Source: Clostridia bacterium
GTDB lineage: Bacteria > Bacillota > Clostridia > Christensenellales > QALW01
Reading direction: 5' to 3'
DNA length: 60,709 bases
Assembly (NCBI GenBank): GCA_045630945.1
Contig: JAZQTV010000015.1
Location: 1-60,709 of the forward strand
Part shown: piece by piece, positions 21,495 through 30,627 of the stretch
Position numbering within the stretch: the stretch's first letter is position 1
How the letters are laid out: every line of letters begins with the position of its first letter
Notes under the pieces: generated by a model
Seen by the model: only the letters and a program-made list of their open reading frames with translations
What the model was told of the DNA's origin: nothing
Databases searched by the model: none
Position numbers and translations under genes: made by a program

Positions 21495-24400
21495 TTAAAA
21501 ATAATATGCGAACCAAGACGTCATCCATCTTAAGTAATCACCTACAAACTGCTTTGAAATGCTTGTTCCCGTCCAAAGCGGCTTATAAGCTATAAACGCA
21601 ACGATTACAAGTGCGGCAAGCACAATTGCAACAAAAGCACCTGTTTTAAGATATTTTCTGCTTAAATTCCTTAAAATATATACGGTAAACAGTATAATGA
21701 ACGGAACTGTTGCAAAATAGTGGTAAATGAATACGCATCTGCTTATCCCCACCCAAGGAAGAATGTTGCAGGCAACGCCTAAAAGCAGGAATATTATAGT
21801 GCGCGTATCACGTTCGCTTACGTCGTAAGCATCCTCGTCACCTGCGTTAAACAAAGCAAGGAAGCCTTTTTGCTGACGTACGTGCGTGTATACTGCAACC
21901 TTGTCGCCAAAGCATCTCTTTATAAGAATTACAATTCCCCACAAGGTAGCGCCAAGACCTGCATACCACACGATAGGATTACCGAATGCATATATTGCCG
22001 AAATCGTAGTCTTTGTGCTTTGACCTGCATAGTAGAACATAGGCGTTTCCATTACAGGCCAAGTGTACCAATCACTCATATACGGGTGAGTAGCCTCAAG
22101 CTTTGAGTGATAATTGAACATATCCTTCTGGTTATCAAGTATTATCTCATACCACGGTCTTGTTTCGCCTATTGCGTTCCAGTAGGGATAATAGGACAGG
22201 CAGTATATGATAAGCGGAATAATAATAAACACAAGTATGCAGAACAAAATTGTATAGCACGTCTTTAATATGAACGTATCCTTTATATACTTAAGATACG
22301 CTTGCTCTACACCGCGCACCTTATCAACGTTCTTGCACGCAAGCACGTATTCGCGCCATCTGCGGAACAGGGTTATAAAGAATATTACCGCAAGCCCTGC
22401 ACCCGCGTACAGGCATATCCACTTACTTGCCGCGCCAAGACCGAACGAAAGACCGCACAAGCCTAAGGGCACAAAGGTTTTCCATAGCGGCACATCGTAG
22501 AAGCTTAAGCTATAATACCAATACATAAACAGGAACATCAGTATTATAAACAGTACGCCAAATGAGTCGATAGTGGCAATTCGTGTCTGCACAAAATGCA
22601 TACCGTCAAACGCGATAAGAAGGCTTGCAAGGGTTGCCCACGAGGTCTTTTTAAACATAAACAGACCAAGGAAATACATTGCAGGAACCATAATCACACC
22701 TGCAAGCGTACCTGCAAAGCGCCATGCAAACGGATTCATACCCATAAGCGAGATGCACCACGAAATCATATCCTTACCCAGCGGAGGATGAGTCCATTCA
22801 TAAATAGAAAGTCCCCTTGAGGATTCAAGACCTGTACGTGCGTGATAAATTTCGTCAAAGTACATACTGTTAAGGTACGTTGCGCCCTCGTACGGAACAA
22901 GTGTCTGCTCGTCAAACAGCTTTTCACCGCCGTTTTCACTTGCCTGCGGTGTAAATATTTCCTTAATGGGAATGGTTGTCTGCGCATCCTTGGTTTCAAA
23001 GAAGCCCATTTCAAGAAGCTCAAGGAACTGACTGTCAGCAGTAACAAGCACGTATCTTGCCTTATCAAGCGCAGGCGAAATACTGTGCCAATAGTAAAGC
23101 TGGCTCTTTTCCAGGGTTGTTGCGCCGTTACTTTCCCAATTTGTGCCGTCTTCGGAGAAATATACGTTGAAGTTACCTGCACAAATGCTTGTTATATAGT
23201 AGCCGCGGTCAATATTCTTAACCTCACCGAAATCCGCCATAACGTAATCGGAAACGGTATTGATTATCCACTTGTTGCCCGAAATGCCAAGCACCTGATC
23301 CTTTGCTGTTTCTGCTTCGTCAAAATATTCGTTAAGCGCAAGGATATTACCCTCACTGTCGGTTACCGAAACAACCTTGACAGGCTCTTTATTTTCAAGG
23401 AATACGATTTCGCCAAGCGAGCACTTGTATGCGGTTTTAATTAAAAGCTTGTCGGTTTTAGGAACGTCACCCATATCCAGTATAGGCTGTGCCGTTGACC
23501 AGCCGCCATCGTAGGAATAGAATGAAACAACGTCATTCCACGGTTCCTCCTGCGCAAGCTCACCTAACACAGATGATTCCATTGCCGCAGTTATTTCGCC
23601 GTCACCGCCAAAGTAAATGTGGGTTTCTAAAACGTCGATCGGCTTTTCAAGGGTAACAATAAAGCTGCCGTCTGTTTCAAGGAAGGTGGTTATATCAGAA
23701 ACAGTCTTACCAAAGGAATCCTGTGCATCAAAAAGATGCTCAGGCACCGATTTGCCGTTATCGGTGGGCACTACGTTCTGATACGTTGAAGCAACCTCAA
23801 GGGACTCATCCCCGTTAAAGAACACAAGTTCTTCAAGGCGGATTGAAGTGGTGGCTTCAACCTTTATATATCTTGCGTTAAACGGCTTTTCAAGCTTTTT
23901 CCACTCGTTTGCCTGTACCTTGACGGTTTCATAAAGGGCATAATCCTCGCCATCCACCGAAGTGTACAGGTTAAACGTTCCGCCGTTTGCCTTATAGCCG
24001 ATACTGTCGCCCTCTTTTACCTCGCCAAGATCAGCAATCATATACGGCTTTGATTTTGCGGTGTACCAATACGTTTCGGGGGAAACGGTATCACCAAGAC
24101 CGGTGAACGCAATTGCCGTATATATTACTGTTATTGCAAGGCAGATAATAATATCAATTCTTCTTACCTTGGGTAATTTGTGACCTCTTCTTTCAAAAAG
24201 CTTTCTTAACGCCTCGTTTTTAATGGTGCCGTGAGCAGAAGCGCCCGTATTATAGCTTGCCGCCTTATTCTTCTGTTTTAAGGCAATTTTCTGTGTGGTG
24301 GTTGCACTGCTTTCATTAAGCACAAGCCTTACGGTAACGTAGCCTTGGAATATAAACAAAAGCACGGTAATAAGCGAGCCCATTATAAATACCGCATCTT

Positions 24401-26309
24401 CATTGGTGAAATATACACCGATGCCTTCGTAAAGGAACAACAGGCACGCAGTATTTATATAGTTAAGAAGCGCATATCCAAGTGAAATGAACAAAAGACG
24501 TATATCCTTAAACCGAACGTATGCCATAACAAGCATCATAATAACGGGGAACATATATCTTTCGTGGGTACGGGTTGATACCGTTACCGCACCTGCAAGC
24601 ATAAACGCACCTAAAAGCCAGAACCACTTAGGCTCCATAGTTTCCTTTTTAATTATTCTGAAAAGGAACATCGCTACGGTAAGCACAATTACGGAAACAA
24701 GAAGTGCCGTTCCGATGGTTGCATAGCTCAAGCCAAAGATTGCCACCGTTTGCGAGGGTACCCACTGTCCCCCAAGCAAGCCCATAAGACCGAATGAGGA
24801 AAGGGTTGCGTAATCGTATGAGCCAAGCGTTGTGAGGTATTTTTCCACAAGCCAGAATTCAGACTGATCGTTACGCATTACTACCGAAAGTATTACGAAC
24901 AACAGTACCGACGCAATCAGAAAGCCAAAGCCGTAAGCAAGCCTCTTTAAGCCGTCACTGTTATCATTATTTTTAAAAGACTTAAATATAACGTAAAATT
25001 CACGCGCCGCCCCAAGAAGCATAACGGGGCCTGCAAGTATTGCCTGCGGCTTAAACAGTAAGCCAATAGTGAATATAAGAATTGAAATACCGAACTTATC
25101 TTCATCAATAAGCCAGAAGGTAAGAAGCAGGAACAGTACAAGCACCGAATCCACCTGACCCCAGATAGCCGAGTTCAGTATTGCAGTGGGAAGGAATGCA
25201 TAGCCTATGCCAAGCACCGCCGCCATTTTTTCGCCAACGTGCTTTTTAGCAATGTGCATTATCAGTATTGCCGAGATTATATCGCACAATACAGCAGGAA
25301 GCTTCAGAAGCACAAGACCTGCATCCGCCTGAAGATTAAGGTTAAGCGGTGTTGCAATGGAAGAAAGTATTCCGCACACTATCATGTAAAGAGGCGGATA
25401 ATCGCAGAAGAATTTGTTTGAATCTGCAAGATAGAACCCTGCAAGACCTTCTGCTTCCATTCTTTTTCCCCATAACGCAAAGCAGTTTATATCAACCTTG
25501 AAGCCGGTGTACATGCTTGAAGCCACAAGCCTTACAAGAAGCGCTATTCCAATAAGAATATATGCATCGCGAAGCTTAAAATTCAAGCCCTTATATGCCC
25601 AAAGCAAGAATAACGCAAACAAAAGGAACAGTATAAAGCCTATAATTACCGTTTTTGCCTGAATATCTGCGCTTGTCTTTTTATTGGTATCTCCGCCGCT
25701 TTCAGAGGACGAAGAAAATTCAAAGGTCGCCATACTCATTGCGTATTCGCCGTCAGGCACGCTGTCAACACGTGTAAGCGAAACATTATCAAAGTACGCA
25801 ACACCCCTTGCATCAGCGCTGTAATAGCCAAGTCGAAGACCTACCGTAACCTGTTTGGTCTTTGAATCGGTCTTTCCGTATATGACTACCTCCTGCCAAT
25901 CGGTATCGCTTAATATGAAATCGCTTTTACAATGGGTTTGAATAAAACAGATGTTAGCACCCGATTCTGCACTGCGCTTTTCAATATCCCCCGTCTTTAC
26001 CCATGCGGAAAGGCGATAGATAGTATTAGGCTCAACCTTAACGGTCTGCACAAAGCGTGCATCGTTATATTCGGGACTTTCTATTTTTATTACGTTGCTT
26101 CCGTCAGGTGCAGTTGTATCCTCTACCGCCTGATAATATTGAACAGGTGGCGCAACGTCATATCTTTCAAGCGCCCATTCGGATACCGCGGTACCCGTTT
26201 CGCTTTCAAATGAGCCGTTTTCAATAAGCTCACCGCTTTTCTTACTGCTGCATGCGCTGAACAACAGCACAACTATCAGCAATAGTACGATCAAAAGCCG
26301 TTTTTTCAT
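21495..26309 (-). CDS. Giant (1604 aa) multi-domain membrane glycosyltransferase: lipoprotein signal + CBM-like domain + GT-C-like polytopic block + two discoidin-like domains + C-terminal PMT/GT39-like module
   Basis: Signal/lipobox LLFSAC. The first TM block carries CDYPPL (aa 302-307, nt 25386-25406). Two F5/8-type-C-like segments are present. The C-terminal module carries FDEIYHAR (aa 1151-1158, nt 22836-22859), the DE motif of PMT-family transferases. AAGGAG RBS. Confidence 0.75.
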   Translation of the reverse strand: MKKRLLIVLLLIVVLLFSACSSKKSGELIENGSFESETGTAVSEWALERYDVAPPVQYYQAVEDTTAPDGSNVIKIESPEYNDARFVQTVKVEPNTIYRLSAWVKTGDIEKRSAESGANICFIQTHCKSDFILSDTDWQEVVIYGKTDSKTKQVTVGLRLGYYSADARGVAYFDNVSLTRVDSVPDGEYAMSMATFEFSSSSESGGDTNKKTSADIQAKTVIIGFILFLLFALFLLWAYKGLNFKLRDAYILIGIALLVRLVASSMYTGFKVDINCFALWGKRMEAEGLAGFYLADSNKFFCDYPPLYMIVCGILSSIATPLNLNLQADAGLVLLKLPAVLCDIISAILIMHIAKKHVGEKMAAVLGIGYAFLPTAILNSAIWGQVDSVLVLFLLLTFWLIDEDKFGISILIFTIGLLFKPQAILAGPVMLLGAAREFYVIFKSFKNNDNSDGLKRLAYGFGFLIASVLLFVILSVVMRNDQSEFWLVEKYLTTLGSYDYATLSSFGLMGLLGGQWVPSQTVAIFGLSYATIGTALLVSVIVLTVAMFLFRIIKKETMEPKWFWLLGAFMLAGAVTVSTRTHERYMFPVIMMLVMAYVRFKDIRLLFISLGYALLNYINTACLLFLYEGIGVYFTNEDAVFIMGSLITVLLFIFQGYVTVRLVLNESSATTTQKIALKQKNKAASYNTGASAHGTIKNEALRKLFERRGHKLPKVRRIDIIICLAITVIYTAIAFTGLGDTVSPETYWYTAKSKPYMIADLGEVKEGDSIGYKANGGTFNLYTSVDGEDYALYETVKVQANEWKKLEKPFNARYIKVEATTSIRLEELVFFNGDESLEVASTYQNVVPTDNGKSVPEHLFDAQDSFGKTVSDITTFLETDGSFIVTLEKPIDVLETHIYFGGDGEITAAMESSVLGELAQEEPWNDVVSFYSYDGGWSTAQPILDMGDVPKTDKLLIKTAYKCSLGEIVFLENKEPVKVVSVTDSEGNILALNEYFDEAETAKDQVLGISGNKWIINTVSDYVMADFGEVKNIDRGYYITSICAGNFNVYFSEDGTNWESNGATTLEKSQLYYWHSISPALDKARYVLVTADSQFLELLEMGFFETKDAQTTIPIKEIFTPQASENGGEKLFDEQTLVPYEGATYLNSMYFDEIYHARTGLESSRGLSIYEWTHPPLGKDMISWCISLMGMNPFAWRFAGTLAGVIMVPAMYFLGLFMFKKTSWATLASLLIAFDGMHFVQTRIATIDSFGVLFIILMFLFMYWYYSLSFYDVPLWKTFVPLGLCGLSFGLGAASKWICLYAGAGLAVIFFITLFRRWREYVLACKNVDKVRGVEQAYLKYIKDTFILKTCYTILFCILVFIIIPLIIYCLSYYPYWNAIGETRPWYEIILDNQKDMFNYHSKLEATHPYMSDWYTWPVMETPMFYYAGQSTKTTISAIYAFGNPIVWYAGLGATLWGIVILIKRCFGDKVAVYTHVRQQKGFLALFNAGDEDAYDVSERDTRTIIFLLLGVACNILPWVGISRCVFIYHYFATVPFIILFTVYILRNLSRKYLKTGAFVAIVLAALVIVAFIAYKPLWTGTSISKQFVGDYLRWMTSWFAYYF

Positions 26310-26321
26310 TGTATTCTCCTT

Positions 26322-26675
26322 TTAGAATGCGTTTTGTATAAGCTCTATTTGGGGTTCATCACCCATAAAAGTAATTTCCACTACGTCAAACCTTACGGGA
26401 ACTTCCTTTTTTACCTTAAAGCACAAATAATGGCTTGCGGCATAACGTATATGCTCCTGCTTTTTAAGGTTTACCGCTTCCCTGCCCATTCCGTGACGGG
26501 TGCCGTTACGCAGTTTTACCTCAACAAACACTAAAAAGTCCTTGTGCTTTGCCACTATATCCGCCTCGGCAAGCCTTGAAGCATGATAATTGGTTTCAAT
26601 AATCTTATAGCCTTGCTTTTTAAGGAACGTGCAAGCCATTTTTTCGCCTGCATTTCCTGTTTCACGGGTACTCAC
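26322..26675 (-). CDS. yraN: YraN family endonuclease (UPF0102)
   Basis: GNAGEKMACTFLKKQGYKIIETNY...DIVA...LVFVEVK is typical of YraN. GTG start overlaps the rnhB stop. Confidence 0.85.
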   Translation of the reverse strand: MSTRETGNAGEKMACTFLKKQGYKIIETNYHASRLAEADIVAKHKDFLVFVEVKLRNGTRHGMGREAVNLKKQEHIRYAASHYLCFKVKKEVPVRFDVVEITFMGDEPQIELIQNAF

Positions 26676-27262
26676 AGTATTTTAGTCAAAAAGCTTTTTC
26701 TATGATAGGGACACGGACCATATTTTTTTATTGCCTCTATATGTTCCTTGGTGCCGTAGCCCTTGTGCTTTTTGAAGTTGTACATGGGGTATTCCTTATC
26801 TATCTCAAGCATCAGCCTGTCCCTTGTGACCTTGGCAATTATGCTTGCCGCGCCAATAGAAAGGCTTTTTGCATCGCCGCCGATAACAAATTGCTCGTTT
26901 TCTATTGCGCCTATGGTAAAATTACCGTCAATAAGCAAAAAGTCGGGTGTTATTTCAAGTCCCTCAGCCGCCCTTTTCATTGCAAGAATGGTCGCCTGAC
27001 GGATATTTATCTCATCGATAATATTGTTATCCACAAGCTGCACCGAAACCTTGCAGGTTTCCATTATCTTGTCGTAAAGCGCTTCTCTCTTTTTTTCCGA
27101 AAGTTTTTTCGAATCGTTTATGCCCTCGGGAATATTATTAATATCAAGCACCACGCAAGCCGCAGAAACAGGCCCTGCAAGCGGTCCCCTGCCTGCCTCG
27201 TCGATTCCGCCGATTATTTTATATCCCTTTAAAAGCAAGGAATTTTCAATTTCCAAGGTCAT
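26672..27262 (-). CDS. rnhB: Ribonuclease HII
   Basis: GIDEAGRGPLAGPV, DSKKLS and a later ASIIAK motif are canonical RNase HII motifs. Confidence 0.95.
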   Translation of the reverse strand: MTLEIENSLLLKGYKIIGGIDEAGRGPLAGPVSAACVVLDINNIPEGINDSKKLSEKKREALYDKIMETCKVSVQLVDNNIIDEINIRQATILAMKRAAEGLEITPDFLLIDGNFTIGAIENEQFVIGGDAKSLSIGAASIIAKVTRDRLMLEIDKEYPMYNFKKHKGYGTKEHIEAIKKYGPCPYHRKSFLTKIL

Positions 27263-28082
27263 CGGGCACCTCCAGAGTTATTCTTCCAAGCATTCCGCCG
27301 CGGAACTCATCAAGCAGTACGCCTGCGCAACGGGAATAATCGTATTCACGGTTTTTCATTATAAAGCCGCGCTTTTTGCAAATGCTTTCGTAATCGTCAA
27401 TAGCTTCCTCGCCTGTTTCAATCTTGTATCTTTCATTAAGCGCCGTAGGATATTTTTCCCTTAACGCTTTGATCAATTCAAGCGCAAGCTCCTCACGGTC
27501 AAGTATCTCATCGTTCAGCGTGCCCGTAAAGGCAAGATATTTTGCCGAGGTCTGATCCTCAAGCCTTGGCCATAAAAGACCGGGTGAATCAAGCAAATCC
27601 ACCGCGCCCGTTTTAACCCATTGCTTACCGCGGGTAACGCCCGGCTTATCGCCTGTTTTAGCCTTCTGACTTCCCGAAAGCGAATTTATCAGCGTTGATT
27701 TACCCGCATTGGGAATGCCCGCCACAAGTGCGCGCAGGTTTCTTTGAACACCCTTTTCCCTGAAGTATGCTATCTTTTCACTGCAGATTTTATTAACAAA
27801 CGAAACAACCTCGCTTTGTCTGTTACGCGCAGTAACGCTTAAGGCAGGTATACCTTTTTCCTCAAACCACTTAAGCCACAGCTTTGTTTTGTTAGGATCG
27901 GCAAGGTCAGCCTTATTAAGAAGCACAAGGCGGGGCTTATTGAATTTTTCTATATCCGGATTTCCGCTTGAATACGGTATGCGTGCATCGCGAAGCTCAA
28001 TCACCACGTCGATAAGCTTCATATTTTCTTCCATCATTCGCTTTGCAGCCGCCATATGACCGGGGTACCAATTTATATGCAT
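27246..28082 (-). CDS. rbgA: Ribosome biogenesis GTPase A (YlqF/RbgA)
   Basis: Circularly permuted GTPase: MHINWYPGHMAAAKR, NKADL, GIPNAGKSTLIN and DSPG. Confidence 0.93.
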   Translation of the reverse strand: MHINWYPGHMAAAKRMMEENMKLIDVVIELRDARIPYSSGNPDIEKFNKPRLVLLNKADLADPNKTKLWLKWFEEKGIPALSVTARNRQSEVVSFVNKICSEKIAYFREKGVQRNLRALVAGIPNAGKSTLINSLSGSQKAKTGDKPGVTRGKQWVKTGAVDLLDSPGLLWPRLEDQTSAKYLAFTGTLNDEILDREELALELIKALREKYPTALNERYKIETGEEAIDDYESICKKRGFIMKNREYDYSRCAGVLLDEFRGGMLGRITLEVPDDLGN

Positions 28083-28201
28083 ATAATACTCCTATTTTAA
28101 TTTACTTTTTATATTATATCACATATACGTAAAAATTCCAATAAGTTAAGGGCATTTTTTCAAATAAAATCCGCAAAAACGAAAAATTTTTTATTACCCT
28201 A

Positions 28202-28230
28202 TTGAAATATTAAAAACAATCTGCTATAAT
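28202..28230 (+). promoter_or_regulatory. Putative extended -10 promoter of the kinase-like gene
   Basis: TTGAAA (28202-28207), 17 nt, TGcTATAAT (28222-28230). Confidence 0.55.
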
Positions 28231-28261
28231 ACAATCCACAAAAGAGTTTTAAGGAGCTATT

Positions 28262-29326
28262 ATGGAAAAATTCAAGGACATTCTTTTAAATTTCGGCTTT
28301 GATAAAAATATAACCCTTACCCCTTGGGGCAACGGTCACATTAACGATACCTTCCGCATAAATGATAAATTCCTTCTGCAAAAGGTAAATATCGATATTT
28401 TCAAGGATTACAAGGGTTTAATGAACAACGTAATGCTTGTAACCTCATTTTTACAAAAGCAGATTTATGCCGCAGGCGGTGATATTTTAAGGGAAGCTAT
28501 GGGCGTTATGCCTGCCATTGACGGAAAAAGCTACTACGTTACGCCTGAAGGCGAGGTGTACAGGGTGTACATTTTTGTAACAGATTCGTTAAGCCTTGAT
28601 GCCGCCGAATGTAAGGAAGACCTTTTCAACTGCGGTAAAGCATTCGGTATTTTCCAGAGAAAGCTCTCCTCCTTTGATGCTTCACAGCTTATTGAAACCA
28701 TACCCGGCTTCCACCACACTATTAAGCGCTTCGATGCGTTTAAAGAAGCAATCGAAAACAACGTTTCCGGTAAAAAAGATGCTTCAAAGGCAGAAATTGA
28801 CGGTTATTTGAGCCGCTATGACGAAATCAAGGGCATTTGGGATATGTATTTACGCCTGCCCCTTCGCGTTACACATAACGATACCAAGCTTAACAATATT
28901 TTGTTTGACGCTAATACAAGAGAGCCTCTCTGCGTTGTTGACCTTGACACCGTAATGCCCGGTTATGCGGCAAACGACTTTGGTGATGCTATCCGTTTCG
29001 GTGCTTCAACTGCCGCAGAGGATGAACAGGATCTTTCAAAGGTACATTTTGATATTGAACTTTATAAGGCTTTCGCAAAGGGATTTATCGAAGGCTGCGG
29101 CGGCGGACTAACGGAGGAAGAGCTTCTTTCGCTTCCCTACGGCGCAATTATGATGACCTTCGAATGCGGAATGCGCTTCTTGACCGACCATCTTAACGGT
29201 GACACCTACTTTAAAATACACAGAGAAAATCACAACCTTGACAGATGCCGCACTCAATTAAGGCTTGTTGAGGAAATGGAACAGGCGCTTCCCGAAATGA
29301 TAGCCTTTATTAAATCACAAAAATAA
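28262..29326 (+). CDS. Aminoglycoside-phosphotransferase-fold kinase, N-acetylhexosamine 1-kinase (NahK)-like
   Basis: GNGHINDTF...LLQKVNIDIFKD...LMNNVMLVTSFL, VTHNDTKLNNILFD and VVDLDT fit the APH/NahK pattern (HxDxxxxN and DxD). Confidence 0.65.
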   Translation: MEKFKDILLNFGFDKNITLTPWGNGHINDTFRINDKFLLQKVNIDIFKDYKGLMNNVMLVTSFLQKQIYAAGGDILREAMGVMPAIDGKSYYVTPEGEVYRVYIFVTDSLSLDAAECKEDLFNCGKAFGIFQRKLSSFDASQLIETIPGFHHTIKRFDAFKEAIENNVSGKKDASKAEIDGYLSRYDEIKGIWDMYLRLPLRVTHNDTKLNNILFDANTREPLCVVDLDTVMPGYAANDFGDAIRFGASTAAEDEQDLSKVHFDIELYKAFAKGFIEGCGGGLTEEELLSLPYGAIMMTFECGMRFLTDHLNGDTYFKIHRENHNLDRCRTQLRLVEEMEQALPEMIAFIKSQK

Positions 29327-29390
29327 CAACAAAACAAAAAGCGCAGTGATGCGGGAATACCAAGAACAACCGTAAACGATTAGTCTGAAC

Positions 29391-29430
29391 AAAAGGCGTA
29401 CCTGAAATAAATCAGGTACGCCTTATATTT
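29391..29430. terminator. Bidirectional terminator between convergent genes
   Basis: 12-bp perfect stem AGGCGTACCTGA / TCAGGTACGCCT with A/T runs on both sides. Confidence 0.85.
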
Positions 29431-29432
29431 AT

Positions 29433-30617
29433 TTACCTTTTCCTTAAAATGTCGCCCTCAGAAAGCTGATACGGACAGTTTATTGTGATTGTTTCCTGGG
29501 GGTGCGGCGCTTTTTCAACCTTTTCACCCAAGGAATTGTACATATTTTCAACCGTGAAGGAAAGACCGATGCTGTGGGGCGAAATTATTTCAAAAACGTC
29601 GCCTTCCTTAAAGTGATTGCGCTGTTCAACGGTAAGGATTCCGTTTTCGCACTTTTTAACGATTGCCGCAAACACCTTTTCCTGCTTGTACGCCATATCG
29701 TCGTCGGGCATATAACGTTCAAGCTCACCAAAGTAAAAGCCGCTTGAATAGGGGCGGTGGCTTACCGCATCAAGCTCGGTGGATAACACGTCCAGCGGGG
29801 CGGTGCCGTCTATTGCGTGGCGGTACGCGTTCACGACCGTGGCAACGTAGTAGGGCGATTTCATTCTACCCTCTATTTTAAATGAAACAACGCCTGCATC
29901 CGTGAGCTGATCAAGAAAATCAATGCACTTCATATCCCTTGAAGAAAGAAGCGTGGTACCCTTTTCGCTTTCTTCAACGGGGAAGAACTCGTTGGGGCGT
30001 GTCTGCTCAACAAGGTGATAGCGCCAACGGCACGGTTGTGTGCATTCGCCACGGTTGCCGCTTCTTGAGGTAAGATAGGTGCTTATAAAACATCTTCCCG
30101 AATAGGACATACACATAGCACCGTGAACGAAGGCTTCAATTTCAAGGTCCTTGGGAATTATTTTTGCAAATTCCCTGATTTCATCAAGAGTCATTTCCCT
30201 TGCAAGAACTATTCTTTTTACACCCATCTGGTGATACACCTTTGCGGCGAAGGCATTCTGACAGTTCGCCTGCGTGGAAACGTGAATTTCAAGCTCGGGC
30301 ACGGCTTCTCTTAAAGCGCTGATAACACCAAGGTCGGAAACTATTACCGCATCAACGTTAAGTGCCTTAAGCTTTCTTCCGTACTCAACTATATCCTTAA
30401 ATTCGCTGTCCTTTGCAAAAGAATTTACCGTAACGTACAGCTTTTTATTTAACGAATGGGCATAATCTGCCGCTTCGCCGATGTTTTCTAACGAAAAACC
30501 CGTCACCTTTGACCTTAACTGCATAAACGGACCGCCGATATACACCGCATCCGCGCCAAACTTAAACGCAGTTTTAAGGCATTCCATATCTCCCGCAGGG
30601 GCAAGAAGTTCAACCAT
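29433..30617 (-). CDS. Peptidase U32 family protein (YrrO/TrhP-type)
   Basis: MVELLAPAGD..., HVSTQ, and the Cys pattern GAMCMSYSGRC...GNRGECTQPCR typical of U32 Fe-S proteins. Confidence 0.85.
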   Translation of the reverse strand: MVELLAPAGDMECLKTAFKFGADAVYIGGPFMQLRSKVTGFSLENIGEAADYAHSLNKKLYVTVNSFAKDSEFKDIVEYGRKLKALNVDAVIVSDLGVISALREAVPELEIHVSTQANCQNAFAAKVYHQMGVKRIVLAREMTLDEIREFAKIIPKDLEIEAFVHGAMCMSYSGRCFISTYLTSRSGNRGECTQPCRWRYHLVEQTRPNEFFPVEESEKGTTLLSSRDMKCIDFLDQLTDAGVVSFKIEGRMKSPYYVATVVNAYRHAIDGTAPLDVLSTELDAVSHRPYSSGFYFGELERYMPDDDMAYKQEKVFAAIVKKCENGILTVEQRNHFKEGDVFEIISPHSIGLSFTVENMYNSLGEKVEKAPHPQETITINCPYQLSEGDILRKR

Positions 30618-30627
30618 ATCAATTCTC

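Noticed and set aside
22766-23444. 138-aa (-) and 200-aa (+) ORFs inside the giant glycosyltransferase gene
   Set aside because: They are alternative-frame or antisense ORFs within a continuous 1604-aa ORF with recognisable domains.
26702-27232. 176-aa plus-strand ORF
   Set aside because: It is antisense to rnhB, which has canonical RNase HII motifs.
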